Shown here: piece after piece, positions 31,319 through 41,062 of the stretch
Numbering within the stretch: the first letter of the stretch is position 1
Layout of the letters: each line of letters begins with the position of its first letter
Source: Thermodesulfobacteriota bacterium
Lineage (GTDB): Bacteria > Desulfobacterota_D > UBA1144 > Nemesobacterales > UBA2774
Length of the DNA stretch: 64,000 bases
Reading direction: 5' to 3'
Assembly (NCBI GenBank): GCA_963422265.1
Contig: OY729416.1
Span: forward strand, 27,998-91,997
Position numbers and translations under genes: made by a program
Notes under the pieces: generated by a model
What the model was told of the DNA's origin: nothing
The model's input: the letters and a program-made list of their open reading frames with translations, nothing else
Databases searched by the model: none

Positions 31319-31712
31319 GATATCCATCGGTTGTCGCGTCTCTCCATTTAATTTCGTTAATTTCGTACGCTTCGGGTTCTACTAAGCAATCTATCTCAAA
31401 AGTCTTCGGTTTGTTCCCTTGAACATTTGGAATCCGAATTTTTCTTTGAGCGTGCTCAAATTTGTCCTCAAAGCAGAGTATTGCCGCTTCTTCTAAAAAA
31501 GAACCATCATATTTATAGAGAAAACATCCTTTGTTTTGGTAAAGACCTATTAGTTCACCCTCTTCGTTAGTTGTATCTAGCACTCTGTATATTAGGTAGT
31601 GAGACCTGTCATCCTTTCTCATTTCTTTAGAATGAACGTCGATTCTTTGTTTTAAGTTTGATGCGTATTTCTCTGACAAGGTCTTCAATTTATCGTATAT
31701 AGAAAGATTCAT
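31299..31712 (-). pseudogene. Truncated ApaLI-like restriction endonuclease
   Basis: HYLIYRVL..YQNKG.FLYKY.GSFLE..PKTFEIDCLV..EIKWRDATTDG; C-terminal part missing. Confidence 0.8.
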
Positions 31713-31790
31713 ATTATTCTCTTGACTTAGTTCAATATTCTTCAGGGCAAAAAATGTTATGTTATTAAATCATATTTTTGATCGAAGGTC

Positions 31791-31818
31791 TTGACTAAGT
31801 TTTATCTTCATGTAAGTT
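31791..31818 (+). promoter_or_regulatory. Putative sigma70 promoter of the stand-alone 5S rRNA gene
   Basis: TTGACT-N16-TAAGTT about 10 nt upstream of 5S. Confidence 0.5.
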
Positions 31819-31828
31819 ACATATCAGA

Positions 31829-31948
31829 ATCTGGGTGATTATGCTAAAGAGGAAACACCCGGTCCCATACCGAACCCGGAAGTTAAGCTCTTTGAGGCCG
31901 ATGCTACTGCCCCCGTAGGGGGGTGGGAAAGTAGGAAGTTGCCCTGAT
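31829..31948 (+). rRNA. rrf: 5S rRNA (unlinked)
   Basis: GAAACACCCGGTCCCATACCGAACCCGGAAGTTAAGC..GGGAAAGTAGG; terminal stem atctgggtga/ttgccctgat. Confidence 0.95.
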
Positions 31949-32002
31949 TCTTTTTTCTCTCAACATGTAACTGCCTGCTGTAGATATTGCAGCCCCCTAG
32001 CG

Positions 32003-32650
32003 ATGAGGGCGTCCATGGTGGATAACAATAGGGTGGATAACAATAGGGCGGACCAGAATAGAATAGCCGTATTCGCGTCAGGGAACGGCACAAACCTTCA
32101 GGCGATAATAGACGCTAAAATTTCTTCTCTCCATATAGCGCTTGTTTTTTGCAACAATTCCAGCGCCTATGCCATAGAAAGGGCTAAGAAGCATAAACTC
32201 CCTTTCATAGTTATTGATCATAAAGATTATAAAACTAGAGAGAGCTACGAAGAGGAAATAATAAAATCCCTTGAGCCCTTTAGAATAGATTACGTGGTTC
32301 TGGCAGGTTTTATGAGGGTGCTTTCTCCTTTATTCGTAAGGGCTTATAAGAATAGGATTATCAACGTGCATCCGGCACTTTTGCCGTCTTTCCCCGGTAT
32401 GCACGCGGTAAGGCAGGCTCTGGAATACGGCGTTAAATACACCGGCGTTACGGTTCATCTTGTTGACGAAGGTGTTGACACGGGTCCTATCATTTTACAA
32501 TCGGTCGTTGAGGTAACGGATAGCGATACAGAGCTTACGCTTGCGGAGAAAATACACAAAGCGGAGCACAAAATATACCCGGAAGCCATCAAGCTTATTT
32601 GCGAGGAAAGAATTATAATTCAGGGTAGAAGGATCATCAAGAAATCTTAG
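32003..32650 (+). CDS. purN: Phosphoribosylglycinamide formyltransferase
   Basis: [41 protein letters not shown]. Confidence 0.96.
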   Translation: MRASMVDNNRVDNNRADQNRIAVFASGNGTNLQAIIDAKISSLHIALVFCNNSSAYAIERAKKHKLPFIVIDHKDYKTRESYEEEIIKSLEPFRIDYVVLAGFMRVLSPLFVRAYKNRIINVHPALLPSFPGMHAVRQALEYGVKYTGVTVHLVDEGVDTGPIILQSVVEVTDSDTELTLAEKIHKAEHKIYPEAIKLICEERIIIQGRRIIKKS

Positions 32651-33666
32651 ATATCCCTGCCCACGGCTTTAGCCACTGGCGATGCCTTGTCCATTAATGC
32701 CTGAAACTTGCTAGGTTTGAGCGATTGTCCGCCATCGCTGATAGCTGCTTGGGGATTGTTGTGAACCTCTATCAACAAGCCGTCGGCGCCAGCCGCGATA
32801 GATGCGAGAGCCATCGGCGTTACATACTGCCAGTAACCTGTGCCATGGCTGGGGTCGGCGATGACGGGGAGATGCGTTTTTTCTTTTAGAACGGGTATCG
32901 CGTTTAAGTCAAACGTATTTCTGGTAGCCGTTTCAAATGTTCTTATGCCTCTTTCACAGAGCATTACGTTATCGTTCCCCTCGGATAGGATATATTCGGC
33001 GCACATTAGAAACTCTTTGATGCTAGTTGACATTCCCCGTTTTAGGAGGGTTGGCTTTCCCGTCCTGCCTACTTGTCTTAAGAGAGCGTAGTTTTGGGAG
33101 TTTCTTGCCCCGATTTGAAGAACGTCCGCGTAATCTACCACTGCGTCAAGGTCATGCGGGTCCAGTATTTCGGTTACGATGGGAAGTCCCGTAGCTTCTT
33201 TTGCCTTGGCGAGCAGCTTGAGTCCCTCAATCCCCATTCCTTGGAAGCTATAGGGAGAGGTCCTAGGCTTATACGCCCCACCCCTTAGCATTGACGCCCC
33301 TGATCTTTTAATAGATAGAGCTATCTCCATTAGTTGCTCTTCAGTCTCAACGGAGCAGGGTCCCGCTATTACGGGGATTTTATTATTTCCTACTAATACG
33401 TCATCAACCTTAAACTCGGTGTTTTCCGGTTTGAATTCTCTGCTCGCAATCTTGTGCGCTGGGAGTATGGGCACCACTTTCTCTACGCCCCCGAGTATGC
33501 TTAAAGCCTCAACGTCTTCTGGTTTTCCCCTTTCGTCTCCAACGGCGCCGATCACAGTTCTCAATACGCCTTCAATTGTGTGCGGTTGATAGCCGAGCTC
33601 TTTCATTACCTCTTTGGCTTTATCTATTTGTTCTAGAGACGCCCCATTTTTCATTACGATAATCAT
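32647..33666 (-). CDS. aroF: DAHP synthase type I-beta with N-terminal ACT-like regulatory domain
   Basis: [46 protein letters not shown]. Confidence 0.95.
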   Translation of the reverse strand: MIIVMKNGASLEQIDKAKEVMKELGYQPHTIEGVLRTVIGAVGDERGKPEDVEALSILGGVEKVVPILPAHKIASREFKPENTEFKVDDVLVGNNKIPVIAGPCSVETEEQLMEIALSIKRSGASMLRGGAYKPRTSPYSFQGMGIEGLKLLAKAKEATGLPIVTEILDPHDLDAVVDYADVLQIGARNSQNYALLRQVGRTGKPTLLKRGMSTSIKEFLMCAEYILSEGNDNVMLCERGIRTFETATRNTFDLNAIPVLKEKTHLPVIADPSHGTGYWQYVTPMALASIAAGADGLLIEVHNNPQAAISDGGQSLKPSKFQALMDKASPVAKAVGRDI

Positions 33667-33777
33667 CTGTCAGATTCCTCTATATTTTCTATAAGGCTTA
33701 AACAATTAACGATACATGAGAAGCCAACGTTGTCAACAACTTGTGGGTGCATATTAAGCTCCCGCCCCTTCCGTCAT

Positions 33778-33887
33778 TGTAGGGTTAATCCTTGTAGTTA
33801 CCCTGTCAAAACATAGTTATCCTCGCCTCCGCGTCTTAGGGCGACCCCCCTTCAACAGGTTCAGGACATCGCTAGGGTCGCCCCTAC
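33778..33887. repeat. GTAG REP doublet with a nested CCTTCxACAGG(C/T)TCAGGAC element
   Basis: gtagggttaatccttgtagttaccc ... gggcgacc[ccccttcaacaggttcaggacat]cgctagggtcgcccctac. Confidence 0.82.
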
Positions 33888-34057
33888 AGACAAAGAGACT
33901 GCTGAACCAATATTACAATTTCTACTTGCACCCACAGTAATTGGGGTGACGCTTAGGAATCTCAACGTCATCGCCATCTTTACGGTTCTTGAACTTAGTT
34001 CTCATCGTGATATATTTTCCACTCTAGAGTTCGGTGGATTAGATACCTAAATAAAAC

Positions 34058-34132
34058 GGCGGCGTAGCTCAGGGGTAGAGCGGGGCTCTCATAAGGCCTG
34101 TGTCGGTGGTTCGATCCCACCCGTCGCCACCA
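34058..34132 (+). tRNA. tRNA-Met(CAT), elongator type
   Basis: GGCGGCG..GGGCT-CT-CAT-AA-GGCCT..GGTTCGATCC..CGTCGCC-A-CCA; paired 1:72 and no initiator GGG/CCC stem. Confidence 0.92.
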
Positions 34133-34150
34133 GTTAAAGTTAGATTGCAT

Positions 34151-35377
34151 TCATCCGCAATGCCCACGAATTTGCCCTTCTTTGAGCAAACTAATCAGTT
34201 TCCATCCATCGTGGATGTAAATCCCTGACTCGGCGGCGGATTTCTCGCTATACGTAAGGGAGTCGTTTTTTACGCTCTCGTCCAAAGAGCTGTAAATAGC
34301 GAATGGGACGGGCTCATTAACGTGGGTTCGGACGTCTATCGGAGTAGGATGGTCTGAAGTAACGAGGATTTTATAATCCCCGAATCTCCCCATGCTCTCA
34401 AGGACGTGCTTTACTACCCTACCGTCAAAATCCTCAATTGCCTGAATTTTAAGGTTGGCGTCTCCTACGTGCCCCGTTTCATCGGTTGATTCAATATGAA
34501 TCATCGTAATATCCACCTCATTTAGAGAGTCAAGCGCATACTCGACCTTGCCTTCATAGTTAGTATCCAGATAGCCCGTTGCTCCCGGAACGTCTATAAC
34601 GCTTAGCCCCGCATAGCGACCTATTCCCTTAACGAGATCAACGGCGGATACCACTGACCCGCTCATTCCATACAACTCTTCAAACGATGGCATACTAGGC
34701 GCAACGCCCTGACCCCACAACCATATGCTCGTAGCGGGACTCTTCCCTTCCTCCAATCTCCTCTTGTTCACGGGGTGCCCTTCAAGAATTTCTCTTGATT
34801 TCTCAATTAGCCCGTTTAGCCTTTGCGCCCCTTCTCCAGTGGGAAGGTATGGGTTTATCTCTTTTCCCGATATATCGTGGGGTGGGGTCGTCTTTATGCT
34901 TTTATTACCCCCAGACCAGATTACAAGGTGCCTGTAGCTTACGCCAGGGTGGAATTTCAGGTCCTGCTCTTCAAGCTCTTTTTTTAAATCCAAAAGCAGC
35001 TCTCGCGCCTCCCCAGTTGTTATATGTCCCGCGCTGTAATCCTGCATTATCTCCTTGCCATCTTGGTAAGACAGGGTTACCAAATTGCACCTAAGAGCGA
35101 CGTCGTCCCAATTCAAATCAACCCTCATGCTCGCCGCTTCGAGGGGAGACCTGCCAGTGTAATAGAGCATAGGGTCGTAGCCGAGTACCGCTAGGTTACC
35201 CACGTCGCTACCCGGGGGCAGGGGTTCGGGAATCGTTTTAGCGGTGCCGAATCTTATAGCTGATCTGGCTATCCTATCCAAATTGGGCGTATTAGCAGCT
35301 TCAAGGGGCGTCTTGCCTCTTAGCTCGTCAAGTGGATGGTCTGGCATCCCGTCGCCTTGTAGTATTACGTATTTCAT
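34151..35377 (-). CDS. apgM: Cofactor-independent phosphoglycerate mutase (ApgM type)
   Basis: GDGMPD, KTPLEAA.TP..D, PGSDV.N, GRSPLEA, H.E..DE.GH, TSDHPTP. Confidence 0.92.
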   Translation of the reverse strand: MKYVILQGDGMPDHPLDELRGKTPLEAANTPNLDRIARSAIRFGTAKTIPEPLPPGSDVGNLAVLGYDPMLYYTGRSPLEAASMRVDLNWDDVALRCNLVTLSYQDGKEIMQDYSAGHITTGEARELLLDLKKELEEQDLKFHPGVSYRHLVIWSGGNKSIKTTPPHDISGKEINPYLPTGEGAQRLNGLIEKSREILEGHPVNKRRLEEGKSPATSIWLWGQGVAPSMPSFEELYGMSGSVVSAVDLVKGIGRYAGLSVIDVPGATGYLDTNYEGKVEYALDSLNEVDITMIHIESTDETGHVGDANLKIQAIEDFDGRVVKHVLESMGRFGDYKILVTSDHPTPIDVRTHVNEPVPFAIYSSLDESVKNDSLTYSEKSAAESGIYIHDGWKLISLLKEGQIRGHCG

Positions 35378-35463
35378 AGCGTAAAGATGTTAAACGCCCT
35401 TCGGCAATAATCAAGCTCCGTCATGATAGAAACGCAGAGACTATGGAAGTCGCTAATTATTTA

Positions 35464-36258
35464 TTAATTCGTAACAACGAATATCGCCCTGTCTTCTTTT
35501 CTAACGGTTACCTCAACGCCATACGCCACGCTCAGATTTTTTTCGTTGATGACTTGATCCGTCTCACCTTTGGCAAATACTCTACCGTCTTTGAGCATTA
35601 TAACTTCGTCAAAATAAAAGAGGTCCGAGAACACGTCGTGAGTGGCGGCTATGATAGCCATATTGCTCCGCTCTTTTAGCCTGCTAAGCGTTTTCATCAC
35701 CTTATCCCTGTACCTCAAGTCTAGGAAAGTAGCCGGCTCATCGAGAATCATCACGTCAGGCTCCTGCGCTAAGGCTCGTGCTAGAGAGACAAGCTGCCTT
35801 TCCCCTCCCGAAACTCCATTTATAGCCCTGTCCTTCAAATGAATTATGCCAACTGCTTCCATTACACTATTGGCTACCGCTATATCTTCCTCTCTCTCAA
35901 ATTCAAACCTGCCTACGTAGGGCGCCCTACCCATGAGAACAACTTCTGAAACCGTAAAATGAAAGGCGAAAGCCGGATTCTGCGGTATATAGGCGACTCT
36001 TTTCGATACGTCCCTTTTATTAAGGGAGCTAAGCTCCTTACCTCTGTAAGCGACTACGCCTGCTTTAGGGGCTAATACCCCAGATAAAATTTTAAGAAGC
36101 GTAGATTTCCCTGAACCATTCGCTCCCAGCACACCAAGCATTTTCCCCGTATTCAGCGATAAATCTATATCTCGTAAAACGCCACCACCATTCCCCGCTT
36201 GAGCCTGATAATCCAAGTAGGAAAAGCTAACGTTCTTACACTCAATTACTGTTTCCAT
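35464..36258 (-). CDS. ABC transporter ATPase (iron-siderophore/cobalamin, FepC/BtuD-like)
   Basis: GANGSGKST, SGGERQ, ARALAQEP, LDEP. Confidence 0.92.
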   Translation of the reverse strand: METVIECKNVSFSYLDYQAQAGNGGGVLRDIDLSLNTGKMLGVLGANGSGKSTLLKILSGVLAPKAGVVAYRGKELSSLNKRDVSKRVAYIPQNPAFAFHFTVSEVVLMGRAPYVGRFEFEREEDIAVANSVMEAVGIIHLKDRAINGVSGGERQLVSLARALAQEPDVMILDEPATFLDLRYRDKVMKTLSRLKERSNMAIIAATHDVFSDLFYFDEVIMLKDGRVFAKGETDQVINEKNLSVAYGVEVTVRKEDRAIFVVTN

Positions 36259-36268
36259 GCTCGTTCAT

Positions 36269-37171
36269 TCATTGTGAATGCAACGCTTGATATAGCACTT
36301 TAGCTCCTTCTACTATTCTTTGGCTCGGATGCAAAAGAGAGTCGCTTGGTAGCTTATAGACCGCGTTATTGCGGACTGCGTCCACCTGATTAAGCTTGTT
36401 CCTCCATATATTCATATCCAAATTTTCGTTTTGTTCGCCTACTCCTTTGGCTTCTACCTTGACGGTGCTCGCCAGGGCAGGTTTCCTATGATCTATGTCA
36501 AATATAACCTCGGGATTAAAGGAAAAGACGGTTTCTTTCGTAATCTTGATGGCGAACCTCTCACTTTGCACGGCGTTTTCCCCTCCGGCGATTTTGAGAA
36601 GCTCGTCAATGTAATTACCCGTGCCTATAACGTATAAATCTTCAAGCGTCCCCGGATTCCTTCCTATTACGATAAGTGCCCTTACCTTTTTTTTCTTCCT
36701 CGCCTTTTTGCTGATTTCACTTAGACTAGTTTTAATATAAGCATTGAGACTTTTAGCCTCCTCTTCCTTTCCCAGCACTTCTCCTAAATCTGAAATGGAT
36801 TTTAATATGTCTTTAATCGAATCGTTGCTATGAACTACGAAGGTTTTGAGCCCTAGATTTCTCAACTTGTCTCCAAAGCTAGATTGTTGATCTTTGACCA
36901 GCACGACGAGATCGGGTTTTAACGCCACTATCGCCTCGTAGCTCGGGTTTATCCATCCCCCCACTTTGGGCAGGGTTTTAGCATCAGGCGGAAATTCGGA
37001 ATATATGGTTACGCCTACCACCCTGTCCCAAGCTCCAAGTGCATAGATTATCTGCGTTAGGTTTGGCGAGAGTGAAACTATACGCTTAGGCGCGTCGCCG
37101 TCCGCGTAGGACGAGACGCAGCTTAGAGAGATAATCAAAGCGGACAACGCAAGGTAGGAGCTTCTTTTCAT
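36269..37171 (-). CDS. Periplasmic cobalamin/Fe-chelate binding protein (BtuF-like)
   Basis: Signal peptide, RIVSLSP..TQI.YALG, E.IVALKPDLV, HPSQRIVEG. Confidence 0.88.
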   Translation of the reverse strand: MKRSSYLALSALIISLSCVSSYADGDAPKRIVSLSPNLTQIIYALGAWDRVVGVTIYSEFPPDAKTLPKVGGWINPSYEAIVALKPDLVVLVKDQQSSFGDKLRNLGLKTFVVHSNDSIKDILKSISDLGEVLGKEEEAKSLNAYIKTSLSEISKKARKKKKVRALIVIGRNPGTLEDLYVIGTGNYIDELLKIAGGENAVQSERFAIKITKETVFSFNPEVIFDIDHRKPALASTVKVEAKGVGEQNENLDMNIWRNKLNQVDAVRNNAVYKLPSDSLLHPSQRIVEGAKVLYQALHSQ

Positions 37172-37218
37172 CTACTAACCAATAAATAGCTTAAGAGAGG
37201 GGTTTATATTTGCTCAAA

Positions 37219-37746
37219 TTAAGCGCCGAGACGGGATGCTTCAGTCGCGCGCCTTAATAGATGCGGAAGCTCAGCCTCTATTCTCTCTAACAAGTCCGCG
37301 TCGAGCTTAGCTCCGTATAGGGTTTTTACCTCAGACAACTGTTCTATAGTATGCTTTTTACATCCCGTCAAGTCAGCTTCCGTAAAATCCGTGAACTGAA
37401 CGTTCGCCAGCCTTAGGTTAACGCCCTTTAGATTAGATTCTGATAGATCGGCGTTCTTTAAGTGCGCCCCTTCAAGCGTGGCCCCCTCTACATTGGAGCT
37501 ATTTAAGATTGATTCCTCAAGGTTCGCCCCATAAAGCGTGGCTCCCTCAAAATCCGCCCCTTTCAGATTGCACCCTCTACAAAAAGCGAGCTTCATATTC
37601 GCACCTCTAAGATTTGCCCTGGATAAATCCACCCCAGCAAGATTAGCCCAGCTAAGATCGGGAAGCGTCTCTGGATTCTCTTGCCTCCATTTATTCCAGT
37701 TATTGACTCCGCTCTTAAGAATTTTTACGTGTTCTTGATTAGCCAT
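37219..37746 (-). CDS. Pentapeptide repeat protein
   Basis: MANQEH..IL..GV..WN.WR start followed by A(N/D)Lxx repeats. Confidence 0.92.
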   Translation of the reverse strand: MANQEHVKILKSGVNNWNKWRQENPETLPDLSWANLAGVDLSRANLRGANMKLAFCRGCNLKGADFEGATLYGANLEESILNSSNVEGATLEGAHLKNADLSESNLKGVNLRLANVQFTDFTEADLTGCKKHTIEQLSEVKTLYGAKLDADLLERIEAELPHLLRRATEASRLGA

Positions 37747-37752
37747 AACGCG

Positions 37753-37935
37753 CTATTGTCCAAAGAACTTTATTGCCGAATACATTATGTATAAAGCCAT
37801 AATAAAGTAAATCAACCTTTTTAGTAATCCACTGATTCCGCCTATTCTTACGCCGATAGATTCCCCGCAGTTGGGGCAGGTATCAGTTTTTACGCTAACC
37901 TCGTATCCACACTCATCACACTTGGTTATTTTCAT
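37753..37935 (-). CDS. Zinc-ribbon small membrane protein
   Basis: CDECG..CPNCG followed by a TM helix. Confidence 0.8.
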   Translation of the reverse strand: MKITKCDECGYEVSVKTDTCPNCGESIGVRIGGISGLLKRLIYFIMALYIMYSAIKFFGQ

Positions 37936-38047
37936 AACAACGGGTAGAGAACGAAACAATGACTTAGAAACTATTTACCATACTAGACCAATCTAGTATG
38001 ATCACACTATGCGAAAGTATATATAAATATATATAAGGAACGGAAAC

Positions 38048-38359
38048 ATGGAAGAGCAAAATAGAGCAGAAGAGCAGAATAGAACTATAGATTCTGGGCT
38101 AGATATTATAGAGAACGATATAAAGCACATAAACGATGATATAAAAGGGATGAGCAACAGGGTAGGTGCGCTTGACGAAAAGTTCAACGTGCTCATAGAA
38201 GGTCAATCTAGCATGAAAGTGATGATGGAGGGTTTTCTTAGAGATATGGAAAAGACGGAGAGAAAGGTAGATGGGGTAGAAAACAGGGTGTAGTATCTCA
38301 CGTCCGCAATAGCGCTTGGAGCCATAGGATGGATAATTTCTAAGTTCTTTGCATCTTAA
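38048..38359 (+). pseudogene. Coiled-coil protein with a C-terminal TM helix, interrupted by an in-frame TAG at 38291
   Basis: Heptad-like ORF 38048-38293 continues in frame as YLTSAIALGAIGWIISKFFAS*. Confidence 0.6.
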
Positions 38360-38392
38360 GAACATAGCTGAATTACTCCTCGTCTATCATTA

Positions 38393-39871
38393 TTACGCTT
38401 TAACCCTCCCTAACGCCGGGGCTAGAAGATTGGGATGATAACGGCTAATTTTATCAGCGAGAACTTCTATAACGCTTTTTATATCCCACTGAGCACCTTC
38501 AGACAATCTAAGGTTAATAAGATGATAAACCTCCCATAGATCAAAGCTTCCTATAACCCGCCTGTTGTGGGCATTCGTAACAACGTAGCTAGCAACCCTT
38601 CCAAGGTTTTCATTCGCTAGCTTCTCATATAACTTGTGACTTGCCTCGGTTGCCCTCATCAGCAAATCTTCCGAGCCAGAGTTCTCTACGTTGGGTGGTA
38701 TTGTCCATCCATTATAGACACTTGGCTCTTGAAAAATCCAATCTGCTTTTCTATGCCGCAAAAGCTGATGCCAATTAGCCTCGCTTATGACGAACTCAGC
38801 TTCATAGCGTATCAGTTTGAACGGGTTTATCGGATTATCAAACCTTCCGAGCTTCTCTATAGATTTTTTAAAAATCTCTAATTTCTCCTCGGAGCTGCTC
38901 TCATTTATGTCCTTAGCAATGGCTTCATAGCCCAATTGAGAATGCTCGAACAGTATAGCTTGCGCCATTTTCTCTATTGCGACCATTTCAGGATCACTAG
39001 AGCCTTTACCCGTCCAGTCCAATAAATTACACGCGCCCCCCCCCAAGGGGGCAAGAGATTGGGCAACGGCGTCCGACAATTCCTTCAGCGCATTCCTCGT
39101 CTCAGTTATATAAGGACTCTCGCTTGCGTATTTAACTAGCGTAGGGATAGAAAACCTTACCTCTTCCTTAATCTCACCGGCTCTTTCTCGTGCCTCTGGA
39201 TACGAGCTTGAAAGAAGTTTGGTAAGGCAGTCCTCAATAGCTCTAGCGTTAGCCGTCATGCCCAGATTGGTAAGTGTGGACAAGCTTAGTGCATATCTCG
39301 CATCTTCAAAGGCAAGCTTTTCAAGCGCTCTAAGGTGGACGCGCTCTTCCACCCCTTTGGGAGTCGGAGAGGTTTCTCTTAAGTATGAAAACAGCTTGTC
39401 GTTAAGCTTCTCATATATATCGTATTGAAGATTATTAAGCTCAATGTATTCATTCCTAAGCGCAGGATACTCACTCAACTCTACGGGAACAAAGAAACTG
39501 CCCTTCTTTGGTTTCTGATAACGCTGCGAGTATTCGGTAAAGGAAAGATGCTCGTTTGAAAGCTCTAGCAGCGAGGAAAAAAGCCTAGAGACCCGTTCAA
39601 TTCCTACGTGAACGGTCGCGTGCTCGGCTACCGAGGCATGACCGTAGTTTAAGACCCACTTTTCATGGAACTCGCTTGCTCTTTTCCGTCCGAGATGCTC
39701 TTCGCGTATAACAGTCATTATATTGTCTCTAAAGCTTCTAGGGCTCCTGCTTACGTAGGCGAAGATTACAGCTATTACCTCTTCGGAGACGTTGCTGACC
39801 GTGTATATGTCTCTATTGGTATTTGAGACGTAGCTCGTGATGTCATTGGGGATTGATCTCGATTTAGCCAT
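38393..39871 (-). CDS. thyX: FAD-dependent thymidylate synthase, tandem double-domain type
   Basis: YGHASVAEHA, YSQRY, EDARYAL, second-domain QLLRHR, LRL...AQWDI. Confidence 0.88.
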   Translation of the reverse strand: MAKSRSIPNDITSYVSNTNRDIYTVSNVSEEVIAVIFAYVSRSPRSFRDNIMTVIREEHLGRKRASEFHEKWVLNYGHASVAEHATVHVGIERVSRLFSSLLELSNEHLSFTEYSQRYQKPKKGSFFVPVELSEYPALRNEYIELNNLQYDIYEKLNDKLFSYLRETSPTPKGVEERVHLRALEKLAFEDARYALSLSTLTNLGMTANARAIEDCLTKLLSSSYPEARERAGEIKEEVRFSIPTLVKYASESPYITETRNALKELSDAVAQSLAPLGGGACNLLDWTGKGSSDPEMVAIEKMAQAILFEHSQLGYEAIAKDINESSSEEKLEIFKKSIEKLGRFDNPINPFKLIRYEAEFVISEANWHQLLRHRKADWIFQEPSVYNGWTIPPNVENSGSEDLLMRATEASHKLYEKLANENLGRVASYVVTNAHNRRVIGSFDLWEVYHLINLRLSEGAQWDIKSVIEVLADKISRYHPNLLAPALGRVKA

Positions 39872-39916
39872 TCGGATGTTGCGTAATTAATGCCTTCCTT
39901 ATTATCCTTTACGTAT

Positions 39917-40103
39917 GTAGGGGTAACACTTACCTTATTATCCTTATTGCCTTAGGGTGACCATCCTTCTACAGGCTCAGGCCTTCTACAGGCTCAGGAC
40001 ATCGCAAGGGTCGCCCCTACATACAAGAAATCCACCCTAGCCCTCTTTTACGAAAGGAGGAGAATATCTTTTCTAAGCTCTAACCTCTGAGCCTGTAGAA
40101 GAG
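39917..40103. repeat. Composite REP cluster with a doubled nested element
   Basis: gtaggggtaac..gggtgacc[atccttctacaggctcaggccttctacaggctcaggacat]cgcaagggtcgcccctac; ccctctttttacgaaaggagg-type hairpin; ctctgagcctgtagaagag. Confidence 0.85.
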
Positions 40104-40135
40104 CCGCTGCCCCCGTTCTCTAAAGCCGAAACTAG

Positions 40136-40888
40136 CTACGTGATAGTAATTCCTTCTTTTATTTTACTGGATATATAAGTAAGCACCTGACCGGGCTGAC
40201 CGTAAATCACGGCGTCCACGTAATCGTCGGCGGGGCTTTGCTTTTCACTTATTATGACTACCTTAGCGTTGTTTTCCTTAGCCAAAAAGGGATATGAGGC
40301 TATAGGTTCGTTATCAAGAGAGGCGCCCGCTATAATAAATAGATCGGCGCTATGAAGTCTTATCCATGCCTCCCTCATCTCCCAATGTGGCGGGGGCTGT
40401 CCAGGAAAAGAGATCGGGGGTTTTAGCTGATCACCTCCACATTCGCTGCATATAGGAATTTCAGCTCCCTGCTCTATCATGATAAGAACCTCGCCTGTCG
40501 GATAATCCTTTCCGCATCCGGTGCAAGTAACCCAAAGCACGCTGCTGTTTAGCTCTATTACCTGAGAGCTACCAGCACGGTGGTGAAGCCCATCGGTGGT
40601 TTGCGTAAAGATACAATCCAGATTCCCGATTATCTCAAGCTCGGCTAAGGCTAAGTGGGCGAGTCCGGGCTCGGCGTTCACCAGTATGGGATATACGTCC
40701 TTGATCTTTTTCCAATACCGAGCCCTGACGGTTTTGTCCTCGCGAAAATCCCCTATATGAGGATTAAGCCTAGGATCAGAGAAATCGGGAACCCCACACT
40801 CGGCGGACAGCTCTATCCCGGTAAGAACAACCATTTTTTGAGCCTCTTTTACCCATTCGGCGACGGCTCCCGCAGCGTCCATTTCCAT
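40136..40888 (-). CDS. Sirtuin (Sir2/CobB)-fold protein with degenerate catalytic motifs
   Basis: VVLTGIELSAECGVPDF, TQTTDGLHHRAGS, IELNSS, two CxxC, LKP, GASL. Confidence 0.85.
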   Translation of the reverse strand: MEMDAAGAVAEWVKEAQKMVVLTGIELSAECGVPDFSDPRLNPHIGDFREDKTVRARYWKKIKDVYPILVNAEPGLAHLALAELEIIGNLDCIFTQTTDGLHHRAGSSQVIELNSSVLWVTCTGCGKDYPTGEVLIMIEQGAEIPICSECGGDQLKPPISFPGQPPPHWEMREAWIRLHSADLFIIAGASLDNEPIASYPFLAKENNAKVVIISEKQSPADDYVDAVIYGQPGQVLTYISSKIKEGITIT

Positions 40889-41062
40889 AGATTATGGATT
40901 ATACACTATTTTGACGTTAAACGTGTCAATGAAATGTAGATGTTATTATGTTATAATTTCAATCTAAGGGAGCACACTTAAAGGTGGATTCAGTAATGAG
41001 TATGTCTGTCCTTCGCAGGGGGAACCCTTGTAGTCGCACTATAAAACACGTGGGAAAGAAAA

